The position numbers were made by a program, and so were the translations under genes. Source: Felis catus (lineage: Eukaryota). From it: a DNA stretch of 64,000 nucleotides. Positions 12,497-23,219 of the stretch are shown here, one piece after another (positions within the stretch are counted from its first letter, which is position 1; each line of letters starts with the position of its first letter). The notes under the pieces are model-generated. The model was not told the DNA's origin. It saw only the letters and a list, made by a program, of their open reading frames with translations, and made no database searches. Location: contig NC_058368.1 in assembly GCF_018350175.1 (NCBI RefSeq), forward strand, positions 186,064,001 to 186,128,000, given 5' to 3'.

Positions 12497-12992
12497 GGCA
12501 TGTGAATGGCTCAGTTGGTTAAGCGTCTCACTTCAGCTCAGGTCACGATCCCATGGTTCTTGAGTTTGAGGCCCGCACTGGGCTGTGGCAGTTCAAGCCT
12601 GGAGCCTGCTTCGGATTCTCTGTCTCCATCTTGTAGCAGTGAGTCACACACATAGAGTCAGGACATCAAGGCTTTCCTTTCCAGGAAGCAGCTTTATTTG
12701 TGCCAGCATGGGCTCAAGCAGGCTAAGACCCAAAAGGCTGAGCCCGAGCGCAGTGGGGGTTTGCCATTTGTACAATTTTTGCTCTTTTGTCTCCCATATA
12801 TGGCAGCATACAGTCTGAATGGGTAGTCTGTATTACAGAGGTGCATGTGCACATAGTCAGGTTGTCTTCCCTTATCTTGAGGTTTTTACCACATCCCTTA
12901 GGGAGGGGCTCTACCACACTCTCTCTCTCTGCCCCTCTCCCACTTGCACTCTTTCTCTGTCTCTCAAAAATGAATAAAGATTTAAAAAAATT
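12497..12992 (+). mobile_element. Can-SINE split by an LTR insertion
   Basis: Head and body at 12497-12631, CT tract and tail resume at 12919. TSD ctatcaa(c/t)taaa at 12485-12496 and 12996-13007. Confidence 0.9.
12632..12918 (-). mobile_element. Solo LTR (ERV1-like), 287 bp
   Basis: TG…CA termini (tgtagc…taccaca), AATAAA on the minus strand at 12693-12698, and 4-bp flanks atct/ctct. Confidence 0.8.
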
Positions 12993-13195
12993 TAACTATC
13001 AATTAAACATTTTTAAATGATTGTAGTTCATTGATATTCTACTTGTAAAATTAAATACTTAAATACTTTTTATTACCTTTCCATATTTCTATTAATCACT
13101 ATCAAATTATTCAGTAAAAAATTCTGAAATATAATGTGGGACCTAAAATTGATTTTAGAAAATAGTCAACTAATGTTTCTACTTTCAGGAAAACA

Positions 13196-13196
<1 letters not shown>

Positions 13197-13259
<63 letters not shown>

Positions 13260-13295
13260 AGAGAGAGAGAAAGAGAGAGAGAAAGAAAGAAAGAA
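13197..13295. repeat. (GAAA)n/(GA)n compound microsatellite
   Basis: Seen directly. Confidence 0.95.
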
Positions 13296-14725
13296 AATCA
13301 GGCCAAGAGAGTTTTAATGACTAATCCAAAGTTACTCAGCTAATCAATAGCAGAGTGAGGATAAGAAATAAATACAGTGTTCCTGACTGGGAAATGATCT
13401 TCCTCCCAAACCACAACAAAACAACTTTAGTTTACAGTTTAAGACAACAGTATAGATTATCACCATAAAATATTTGTTTCAGTACTTCTTGAATCCTCTG
13501 CAATATGAGATTCTTTCCTGCTTATTTTATCCTGTCTTCAAAGGATAATTTACTTTTTATTGAGTCTTGCCATTTAACTCTTCAATATGGTACAAGGCCA
13601 GTTATCATTGATGACACCAGGGGATGAAGAAGAAAGGCATGCATACTCCTGAAAGGCAAAGTTTTGGGGTGTTCAGGTAGGTAGTTGCAGTTGGTTGTGA
13701 GTTTAGTTCAATAATACAACTTGGTTTGAACCATGGTATTGGTAACATTCTCAACCTCCTACTTGTCCCTTCAGATAGCCTTATTTCTTTCTTGGAATCT
13801 TGATTCTACCCAGGTAATTACCGACTGACAACTGACTATTTTATTTTCACTACTTTTTTAAAAAGTACTTTGTATACCTTAAGTCTACATTCATGTAAGC
13901 CGTGATTGTAAGTTTTATTTCTCTTTGAGAAAAATTTGTTCATTTAAACTAGGCTAGCATTAAGCTTTTAGTATGAGCAAAAAGATATGAAAAACAAAAT
14001 GTTCTTTCCTAATATAAAAATCTATGCTTTCAAACATTTTCATTTTGCTTTAGACTATATTAACCTTGTCATCTCCAGTTGCTGGCAGGGAGGACTTAGC
14101 TGGTCATTTATCATTTTATTTCAGACTTTGGGCTTCAGTCTTTAAAAGAATGACAAATTCCTGGACAATTCAAACTCCAGTGCAATATGCAACTACTTAA
14201 AGGGGCTGGTTGTTTTGCTTTGTTTTTTTAGGCATACTTAACTAATGAATACAGAATTAACTTTAGAACAACATGTTACTTATTTTATGAATAGCTCTTG
14301 AGTAAAATGCCATGCTTCTTCAATTTTTTAAAAAGCTAAAGATTGATTTGTGTTGAGGCGTAGGTTAAGTAAGAAGAAAATAAAAATAGCACAATTCACA
14401 TTTGATGAAAGATAAGATAATGTTAAAAACAAGGAAATATGTGTGTTTCATCAAGACTATATTACAATATTTAGTGACATGGAAAATGTGGGTGACATTT
14501 TGCTAAATAAAGAAGCAGGATTGAAAAGTATGTAATTATATAATTTTAATAAAGTTATAAATTATTGAAAGTTGAGGAGAGAGAGAGAGAGAGAGAGGTA
14601 GATGGGGGGGATGGTAGATAGACAGATACTTAGAAAGACTATATTGTGGCTGCCAGAATTGACTGACTGGATAGTGGCTGAACTTCACTAGTTCTATATT
14701 AATTATTTTTAATACCTATTTTTTT

Positions 14726-14925
14726 AACGTGTATTTATTTTTGAGACAGAGAGAGACAGAGCATGAACGGGGGAGGGTCAGAGAGAGAGGGAGACACAAT
14801 CTGAAACAGGCTCCAGGCTCTGAGCAGTCAGCACAGAGCCCGACGCAGGGCTCGAACTCATGGACCGCGAGATCGTGACCTGAGCCGAAGTTGGCCATCT
14901 AACCGACTGAGCCACCAGGCGCCCC
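14726..14925 (-). mobile_element. Young feliform Can-SINE
   Basis: CpG-rich. TSD ttaatacctatttttt at ~14709 and ~14926. Confidence 0.95.
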
Positions 14926-14948
14926 TTAATACCTATTTTTTAACCTTT

Positions 14949-14983
14949 TGCAATCAAATGCTCTACCCCTGAGCTATACCCCC
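14949..14983 (-). pseudogene. 5'-half tRNA-Cys(GCA) tailless retropseudogene
   Basis: Reverse complement is GGGGGTATAGCTCAGGGGTAGAGCATTTGATTGCA, matching the first 35 nt of vertebrate tRNA-Cys (one mismatch to the remembered sequence). It stops at the anticodon and has no 3' half. Confidence 0.88.
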
Positions 14984-14999
14984 AGGTCTATTATTTACC

Positions 15000-15140
15000 C
15001 TTTTGAATCTTAGTTTTCACATCTGTAAAATGTGGGTAACACTGTTAACTACTTCACAGATCATTATGAGTAAAATAATCCCAGTCAAGTACATAACATA
15101 ATAATGAGCAATATCATAATAGTGAACATTTACTGCTAAT
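15000..15140 (+). mobile_element. MIR fragment
   Basis: cttagttttcacatctgtaaaatgtgggtaa core. Confidence 0.7.
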
Positions 15141-15469
15141 ATTTTAACTATATACATTTTTATATACAATTTGCTGTGTGCAAATTTTTACATAAGTGTC
15201 TCACTGGTAAACAAAAAACATTTAAATTTTTGAATTTGATATTTGTTTCAGTAAACATTTATCAATCACCTATTATGTATAGGTTTGTGAGAGAGATATG
15301 GACATATACATGTGCCATAATGCTATGAAGTCAGAGAATGGTAATCACAGTGGGTGGAAAGCGAAAATAAGGGAGTTCAAACTTAAGAGCCAGGGAGTGA
15401 AAGTTCAAAAATGAGAACATAAAGACCACATGATTTTTTCTCATGATTTCTATTATTAAACATACTGTA

Positions 15470-15682
15470 GGGGTGCCTGGATGGCTCAGTTGGTTAAGTG
15501 TCTGACATCGGCTCAAGTCATGATCTCACAGCTTGTGAGTTCAAGGCCCATGTCAGGCTCTGTGCTGACAGTTCAGAGCCTGGAGCCTGCTTCATATTCT
15601 GGGTCTCCCTCTCTCTCTCTCTCTGCCCCTCCCTGCTCCTGCTCTGTCTCTCTTAAAAACAAATAAACATCAAAAAAATTTT
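15470..15682 (+). mobile_element. Can-SINE (feliform type)
   Basis: TSD acatactgta at 15460-15469 and 15686-15695. Confidence 0.95.
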
Positions 15683-16007
15683 TATACATACTGTACACCC
15701 AAGAGGAAGCAGAGGATGAAGTGAATTTAATTCTTTATTGCCTTATCTGTCTTCATTTCCTACATGCCCTCACAATTGAGCATTCTACCAGGTCTGACAT
15801 TATTTTAATAAAAATAATTTCATGGACAATTTTGGTATTTACAGTGTTATTTAAATTATTCTCATTTTTACTTTGCATGCAGCATTGAGAACTTAAAATC
15901 CCAGCAATTAAGGAAAACAAATTATAAATTATATACTATTGTTTTCAAACAGAACCATATAGTTATTTGTTCAATGAACTCTAGTGACAGGTAATTAAAT
16001 CTAACCT

Positions 16008-16245
16008 CTTTTATTATTTTATTTTATTTTGTTTTCTTTTCTTTTCTTTTATATTTTTATTAGAGAGAGAGAGTGCAGGTATGAACATGTGCTTAGGGGA
16101 AGGGCAGAGGAAGAGAGAGAGGGAAAATCTTAAGCAAGCTCCACACGTGGAGCCTGACACAGAGCTCAATCCCACAACCTTGAGATCATGACCTAAGCCA
16201 AAATCAAGAGTCAGATGCTTCACTCACTGAAACACCCAGGCACCC
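16008..16245 (-). mobile_element. Can-SINE
   Basis: T-rich tail, gagatcatgacctaagcc and cccaggcaccc end. Confidence 0.9.
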
Positions 16246-16281
16246 ACACCGCTTCAATTTCCAAAAAAATAATTTGAAGTT

Positions 16282-16498
16282 GCAGCACCTGAGTGACTCA
16301 GTCAGCTGAGTCTCCAACTCTTGGTTTTAGTTCAGGTCATGATCTCACGATTCATGGATTCGAGGCTTGTACCAGGCTCCACATTGGCAGTGCAGAGCCT
16401 GCTTGAGATTTTCTCTCTCCCTCTCTTTGTGACCCTCCTCCACTTGTGTTTTTTTTTTTTCTCTCTCTCTCTCAAAATAAATAAATAAAACTTAAAAA
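16282..16498 (+). mobile_element. Can-SINE
   Basis: gcacctgagtgactcagtc…caggtcatgatctcacg…aaaataaataaa. Confidence 0.9.
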
Positions 16499-16774
16499 CA
16501 ATAGCTTGAAGTCTGGAAACACTGAGTGACTGCCTAATCTAATATAAAGAAAGGGCAAAAGAAGCAGGCAGAAGCCTTCTAATCTTTCTGTGTTTTCCTC
16601 CATCAGAAAATACACATTTCTCAGAGGGAGAAAACTGGTCCTATGTGTTTAAGATATATTCCTTTGTTAAATCAACTATGACAAGAGGACAGGGTCACAA
16701 GATGAAGTGGTCACTCTCATGAACCCTCAATACTAGCTGCCTCAGAAAAGGAATTAGTGAATGCTTTGTACCAA

Positions 16775-16950
16775 GTACATCTTAGCTGGTTCATATGTGT
16801 GATCTCCTTTAGTCTCAACAACTCCTTGAAATAGGAAGCAGTGTTTGTAAATTTCACAAGTAGAAAACTGAAACTTAAAGAGATTAAGTTACATTTAAAA
16901 AGTAACACAACTAATAAGTGTCAGAGCTTCCCTTAGGAACTAGATCTGCT
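16775..16950 (-). mobile_element. MIR (host of the following SINE)
   Basis: gaaaactgaaacttaaagagattaagt…cacaactaataagtgtcagagc. Confidence 0.7.
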
Positions 16951-16952
16951 TG

Positions 16953-17199
16953 GGGGGCGCCTGGGTGGCGCAGTCGGCTAGGCGTCCGACTTCAGCCAGG
17001 TCACGATCTCACGGTCCGGGAGTTCGAGCCCTGCGTCAGGCTCTGGGCTGATGGCTCAGAGCCTGGAGCCTGTTTCCGATTCTGTGTCTCCCTCTCTCTC
17101 TGCCCCTCCCCCGTTCATGCTCTGTCTCTCTCTGTCCCAAAAATAAATAAACGTTGGAAAAAAAAAAAAAAAGCTATGCTTCTTCATAAAAAAAAAAAA
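16953..17199 (+). mobile_element. Very young feliform Can-SINE with a split poly(A) tail
   Basis: CpG-rich. Perfect 18-bp TSD aggaactagatctgcttg at 16935-16952 and 17200-17217. Confidence 0.97.
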
Positions 17200-18002
17200 A
17201 GGAACTAGATCTGCTTGATAACAGAGGCCATGTCCCTATCCACTATTCCATGCTATTGGAAGAAATTCTTTCAGATCCTCTGCCGCCCATGCCATGTCCC
17301 CCTTCTTCCTTCCCTCCTCCACCCTTTAAAATTATGGCTTGTCCTTGAAGAGAAACTTCAAGTTAAAAGAAAAGACATCCTTGCATTTCTCATTTAATTT
17401 ACACCCATCTACTATGCATTAAATAAAGAACCATTATAAAATTAAACTGAATCATCGAGGTGTTTTTTATGCTCTGTGCACTTTAGTACTCTGTATACCT
17501 TGTCAGAAATTCTATAATTGCTCCTTAGAAAGATACTTATTTGCAAAAGCTTTCAGTCAGATATTTTGGTGCTTAATCGACATGACACAGTTTAATATGG
17601 TATTAAATTCTAAACCACCAGTGCAGATAAGCATAAGCTTAGTACACTTATAATCTTTCAAGTTTTGATTTTTATTTTGGTTTTGAAAATTATATGTTTC
17701 CTTATATATGGACTGTGCCCCCTTCAATGAAAAACCTAACCTATATTTGTGTAACTACCTCCACACTGCCTTAGGTTAGTTATCTCTAGCCAAAGACATT
17801 AACAAGTGGCAAAGGTTATTGTTGAGTTAAATTCCTAAACAGAAGTAAATGGGACAAGATCACTAGGGAAAGAGGATATTTGTGAAGTGGAATAAGTGAA
17901 GTCAAATCCAGTTCTGATGAGAGGTTTACACTCTGACGCCCTTCCTCTATTGTTTGCATCAATACACACAAATATTTTCAAGCCTACCTAATGTTTTTCT
18001 TT

Positions 18003-18139
18003 CTTTCTTTCTTTACTCTTTCTTTCTTCTTTCTTTTTACCTTTTGTTCAAGTAATCTCTGCACCCAATATGGGGCTCGAACTCATGACCCTGAGATCAA
18101 GAGTCACATGCTCCACTGAGTGAGCGAGCCAGGCATCCC
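18003..18139 (-). mobile_element. Short, older-type Can-SINE
   Basis: aagtaatctctgcacccaa…gagatcaagagtcacatgctc. TSD atgtttttctttc. Confidence 0.85.
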
Positions 18140-18731
18140 ATGTTTTTCTTTCCTATAGTTTGTGCAAACAACAGTGGGAAAAACAGGAGCAAAAAATAGA
18201 ATAAAGAAGTGTTTTCAGTCTCCTAAAACTATTGGGAATATCTTGGAGGAAATAATATACATAAGTAAAATGTGATATTTGTTGTGTTGGCCTCCATCTC
18301 TTACTCATTAGATGCAACTATTAGAAATAGAATGATAAAGAAACTATTAAATCTCAGTCACAATTTGCAAAATGGTATCACTCATAGGTAGGAGATTGGG
18401 GAGATTGTAGTCAATTGAATTTCTAGTTGTGGGGCAGGGGGGAAAGTCTGTAAAATAATTAAGAATAATTCACGGACTATGCTGATGTTACTTCTGAGAA
18501 ATCAGTCTTTATACTTTTTATAATATTCCCCTTTTGCTGATTGTAAAAGGAATCCACATTCCAGGTGCACTACACTTAAACTTTGGATTGCAAATAACTT
18601 GTTCTGTGAGTGTTCTGCAAGACGAGCAAACATTTCTAATAAATTTTAACTTGATAAATGAGCAATGTCTTGCAGTATGAGTAGTACATGACCCTGAACA
18701 TCACATGATCACAACTGATCCAATGGTTCTT

Positions 18732-18736
<5 letters not shown>

Positions 18737-18782
<46 letters not shown>
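18737..18782. repeat. (CT)n microsatellite
   Basis: Seen directly. Confidence 0.95.
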
Positions 18783-18786
<4 letters not shown>

Positions 18787-18944
18787 CATGATTAAACCCT
18801 TCACTCTATTGCCTTATTGCCAGTTACATTAAACACAGTATGTAACAAGAGTTTAATAATATTGTACTGTAGTCAACATCTGTTAGTAATAATCACAGTC
18901 ATCCTACACAATAACCCTCCTGTCTCTTGTCTCCCTCACACCAG

Positions 18945-18962
18945 CCACAAAAGTTGCCAAAG
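18945..18962 (+). other. Candidate 18-nt microexon (gene unknown)
   Basis: Branch-like caataac, then the pyrimidine tract cctcctgtctcttgtctccctcacaccAG, the exon CCACAAAAGTTGCCAAAG and a consensus donor GTAAGT. Open in all three frames. Confidence 0.35.
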
Positions 18963-19473
18963 GTAAGTGCAGGTTAATTTCTTTATTTTTCCTTTTATTT
19001 TGTACTTTCTTTAATATTTTATATTATACTACAGTATTATAATCATATAATATATAATTATATATAATCATAATTTGGATTACAAATTGTCTCTAGAACA
19101 AATTATGCTCACAAACTAAGGTTTTACTATATTTGGAAAATGTATAAACAATAGAGAAGAAAGTAAAAGAAATTCCCCTTTTAATACTGACTATTTGATT
19201 TGGTCATTACATTAATGCTGGCTGTTTGCTTTGGTCTTTAAAACTCCAAGTGTGATGATTAGATAATATTCCATCATGCTTTGTCTGACATATATTTTTA
19301 TTTTTTAATGAGTCCTTTTTTATTGGGCATCAACATAATTTCCAAATATCTGCTGTTGTAAATAATATTTACAAAAACTTCTTATGTGTAAACCTATGAT
19401 TACCTCTCTACTTGGTTCTCCGGAATCCTTTCTTGACATTGAATTATTAAGTCAAAGGGCACAAGTATTCTTA

Positions 19474-19665
19474 AGTTTATTTATTTATTTTGAGAGAGAG
19501 AGAGAAAACACAAATGGAGGAAGGACAGAGAGAGAGGGAGAGAGAGAGAATCCCAACCAGGCTCTTCACTAGTTAGCACATAGTCCAATGTGGGGCTCCA
19601 ATTCATGAACTGTGAGATCATGACCTGAGCTGAAGTCGAATGCTTAATGAACTCAGCCACCCAAG
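19474..19665 (-). mobile_element. Can-SINE
   Basis: TSD aa(g/t)ggcacaagtatt(c/t)tta on both sides. Confidence 0.92.
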
Positions 19666-19854
19666 TAAAATGGCACAAGTATTTTTATAATTCTTGACTT
19701 TTGATCAATATTGCCAAACTTGTGGAATTTGGCGGCAACCAGAATTTAGAAACAGACCGTCCAGAGTAATAGCTCCTTTCTTTCACTTGTTTGACAATGG
19801 AAAGCTAAGTGTTCTTTTTCTTCATGACACACCTCCCCACTTCACTTTGTGTTA

Positions 19855-20130
19855 ATTTATTTAACATATACTATTGAAAACCTCTGTGCCAAGCAATGTG
19901 TTCTAGGTGTCCTGAAGATATAGCAATGAATAAAAAGGGAATAGTCTTTTCCTTCTTTGAGCTTATTTTTTAGGTGAGAAGACTGTTGTTAAAAACAAAA
20001 ACACATACTAATAAATATAAACAAACCAGTTGTGAGAAGTGCTATTGAGAAACTAAATAAGTTGGGTAAGACGCGATAGCAGAATGGAGAACTTGTTTGT
20101 ATTGAGATGGGGTCAAGGAAGGCCTCGCTG
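19855..20130 (-). mobile_element. L2 fragment
   Basis: tgtgccaagcaatgtgttctaggtg…gatatagcaatgaataaaa…ggtcaaggaaggcctc. Confidence 0.7.
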
Positions 20131-20623
20131 AGTCCTTAACAAATACTCCCTGTGATGCTTCATTTATTCTAATAAATAAGTACCTTGTGGCAATTCTCCC
20201 TTCACTTTATCCTAATACTTTTGTATCAAAATATATCAGAATAAGTATTTAAATGAGTTAGATTTACTTGAAAAGTCACAAGAAAACGTTTTTATAGCTT
20301 AAGTAAGACAAAAATCCAGGATTCAAAAAGATGGGGAGTCAGGAGAATGGAAACCTTCATAATAAAAGTGATATATAAAAGAAATCAAAGCCCAACTATA
20401 GACCACAAATTTTTAAAAACTTATTTTACTCAAAATGTATTATTACATTATTCTGCCAAGAGTTTATATAACCAGCAAGCATTTCATTCCAACAGAATAA
20501 TGAGAACATGTTCTAACAGTCAGTTAACAAAAGAAAAATTACAAAACGCCAATAAATAAATGAAAAAAAAAAGAGATTTAATTATACCAATAGCCAGGGG
20601 AATTCATATTAAAACAACTGTGT

Positions 20624-20845
20624 GGGGACACCTAAGTGGCTCAGTTGGTTAAGTTTTTGACTTCAGCTTAGGTCATGATCTTGCAGTCCATGAATTTGAG
20701 CCCTGCATCGGATTCTGGACTGAGAGCTTGGAACCTGGAGCCGATTCTGCATCTTTGGATTTCTCTGCCCCTCCCCCATTTGTGCTCAGTGTCTCTCTTT
20801 CTTTCTCTCAAAAATAAATAAAAAAATATTTAAAAAATTTTTTAA
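20624..20845 (+). mobile_element. Can-SINE inside a short L1 ORF2 relic (~20520-20900)
   Basis: ggggacacctaagtggctcagttggttaag head and A tail. Confidence 0.9.
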
Positions 20846-21184
20846 AGCTTTTTAAAATAATTATGTGCTATCCTTATACCCATCAGATGGGAGCAAATGC
20901 TACCCTTCCAAGACTGAAAATAAGAGATGTGTTGGTTGCCTAACCACAACCAATTACCTCTTTATTTCTGAAAATAACCAAATTCATTTAGTTTTTTCAT
21001 CCTTGTCAACACACTCAAATACTAGAGACTATGCTGGCTCTATTTGCAATTCCAGGGTTAAATATTGTTGAGTCAATCCATTTCCAGTGATTGGTTTAAG
21101 CATGGATTTCTCATATAACTCAGGTCAATAAGATAAGAGGTAAAATTCTGCAGGTTTGCACACTCTTTATAAAATAAATCAAGA

Positions 21185-21398
21185 GGGGCGCCTGGGTGGC
21201 GCAGTCAGTTAAGCATCCGACTTCAGCCAGGTCACGATCTCGCGGTCCGGGAGTTCAAGCCCCGCGTCAGGCTCTGGGCTGATGGCTCAGAGCCTGGAGC
21301 CTGTTTCCGATTCTGTGTCTCCCTCTCTCTCTGCCCCTCCCCCATTCATGCTCTGTCTCTCTCTGTCCCAAAAATAAATAAACGTTGAAAAAAAAATT
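21185..21398 (+). mobile_element. Very young feliform Can-SINE
   Basis: Near-identical to the copy at 16953. Perfect TSD taaaataaatcaaga at 21170-21184 and 21399-21413. Confidence 0.97.
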
Positions 21399-21424
21399 TA
21401 AAATAAATCAAGAAATCCGTTTCT

Positions 21425-21951
21425 AAGCTTTTGCACAGTGGAGTAAACCATCAACCAAACCAAAAGGCAACCTACTAAATGGGAGATGATATTTGCAAAA
21501 GATATATCCAATAAGGGGTTAATACCAAAAATATATAAAGAACTTCTACAACTCAACACCAGATCAACAACTCAACACCAGATCATCAGGGAAATGCAAA
21601 TCATAACCACAATGGTATCACCTTATATCTATCAAAGTGACTAAAATCAAAAAGATAAGAAATAACAATTATTGATGAGGAGGTGGTGAAAAAGGAATCA
21701 TTGTGCACCTTTGGTAAGAATGTAAATTGTTAGAGCCACTATGCCAAACAGTATGGAAGTGCCTCAAAAAATTAAAAATAGAAATACCATATGGTCCAAT
21801 AATTCCACTACTGGGTCTTTGCCCAAAAATAATTAAACACTAATTCAAATAGGTATGTGTAACCCTGTGTTTATTGCAGCATTATTTACAATAGCCAAGC
21901 TATGGAAACAACCCAAGTGTCCATCAATTTATGAATGGATGGAGATGTGGT

Positions 21952-21987
<36 letters not shown>

Positions 21988-22465
21988 CACCGGAATGTTA
22001 TGCAGTCATAAAAAAGGATAAGATCTTGCCATTTGTAACAACATGGATGGATCTAGAGGATATTACACTAAATGAATTAAGTCTGAGAAAGACAAATACC
22101 AAATGATTTCAGTCATGTATAATCTAAAATATAAATGAAGTAACAAAAAAGCAGAATCAGACCTATAAATACAGAGAATAAACTGTTGATTGCCAGAAGG
22201 AAGCAAGATGGGGGCATGGACAACATGGGTGAAGAGGATCAAGAGATACAGGCTTCTAGCTATGAAATGGGTAAGTCATGGAAATATAAAACACAACATA
22301 GGGAACATAGTCATAGTCAATATCGTAACAACATTTTATGGTGACTGACAGCAGCTACACTTGTGGGGTCATAGCATAATGGAAAGAGATGTTGAATCAC
22401 TATGCTGTACACCCGATATTACTGTAACACTCTGTGTCAATTATACTCGAAGAAAAGGAAAATTA
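21425..22465 (+). mobile_element. 5'-truncated carnivore L1 (end of ORF2 plus 3'UTR)
   Basis: Translation FIAALFTIAKLWKQPKCPS…WMDLE.I.L is the L1 ORF2 C-terminus. The 3'UTR ends gtgtcaattatact plus an A-rich tail. Degenerate TSD atcc(g/a)tttct. Internal (CA)n at 21954-21985. Confidence 0.92.
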
Positions 22466-23081
22466 AACATATCCATTTCTGTATCTGAATGGTGTTAGAT
22501 CTAGAACAGACACCCAGAAGAGCTACAGCCTCTTTCAATATCTTGGAGAGCTATAAAAGGATAGGAGAACAGAAGGGGAATGAGATCTGAAGAGTATCCT
22601 TTCATCTTCTGAACTTAGAGTTAAGCAAGATAATGAATCTTATAATTATTTAAATACACTAAATTGACACTTTCTATTCATTGCAGCCCAAAGTACCCTG
22701 GCCAGATCTCAAATACTAACAGTGATAACACAAATTATTTTAACATTTTGGATAATCATCAGCAAATAACTAAATAAACTAAAATTTTCACCTCATTTTG
22801 TCCCAGTTAGCAATACTAGAAATCTTAAGAATATGTCCAGTTTAAATCAAGTATATACATTGCAACCTACTTGTAAAAGCCAAAAATAAATAAATAAAAA
22901 CAGAGAGAAAGGAAAAGAAAAAAAAACCTTGGAAATAGAAAGGCCCTTACAAAGCTGTAGGACTAAATATATTTGGTGCATTTTAGAATGGCATGGAGTT
23001 CTATGGAGCACTGTACAACATTTAAAATGGATAAAGTCGATCTATAAAATGTAGATTGAAAAATATTGATATCGCACCAAA

Positions 23082-23219
23082 TTTATTTATTCATTTATTT
23101 ACTTATTTACTTATTTGCATAATCTCTACATCCAGTGTGGGGCTAGAGTCACTACCTAGAACTCACGACCTCAAGATCAAGAGTCACGTGGTCTTCTGAC
23201 TGAGCCAGCCAGGTACCCC
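23082..23219 (-). mobile_element. Short, older-type Can-SINE
   Basis: taatctctacatccagtgtgggg…aagatcaagagtcacgtgg…ccagccaggtacccc. Confidence 0.85.

Noticed and set aside
14949..14983. Functional tRNA-Cys gene
   Set aside because: Only the 5' half is present, with no T-arm/B-box or 3' acceptor strand.
21855..22106. 83-aa ORF with recognisable protein similarity
   Set aside because: It is an L1 ORF2 C-terminal remnant interrupted by (CA)n, not a host gene.
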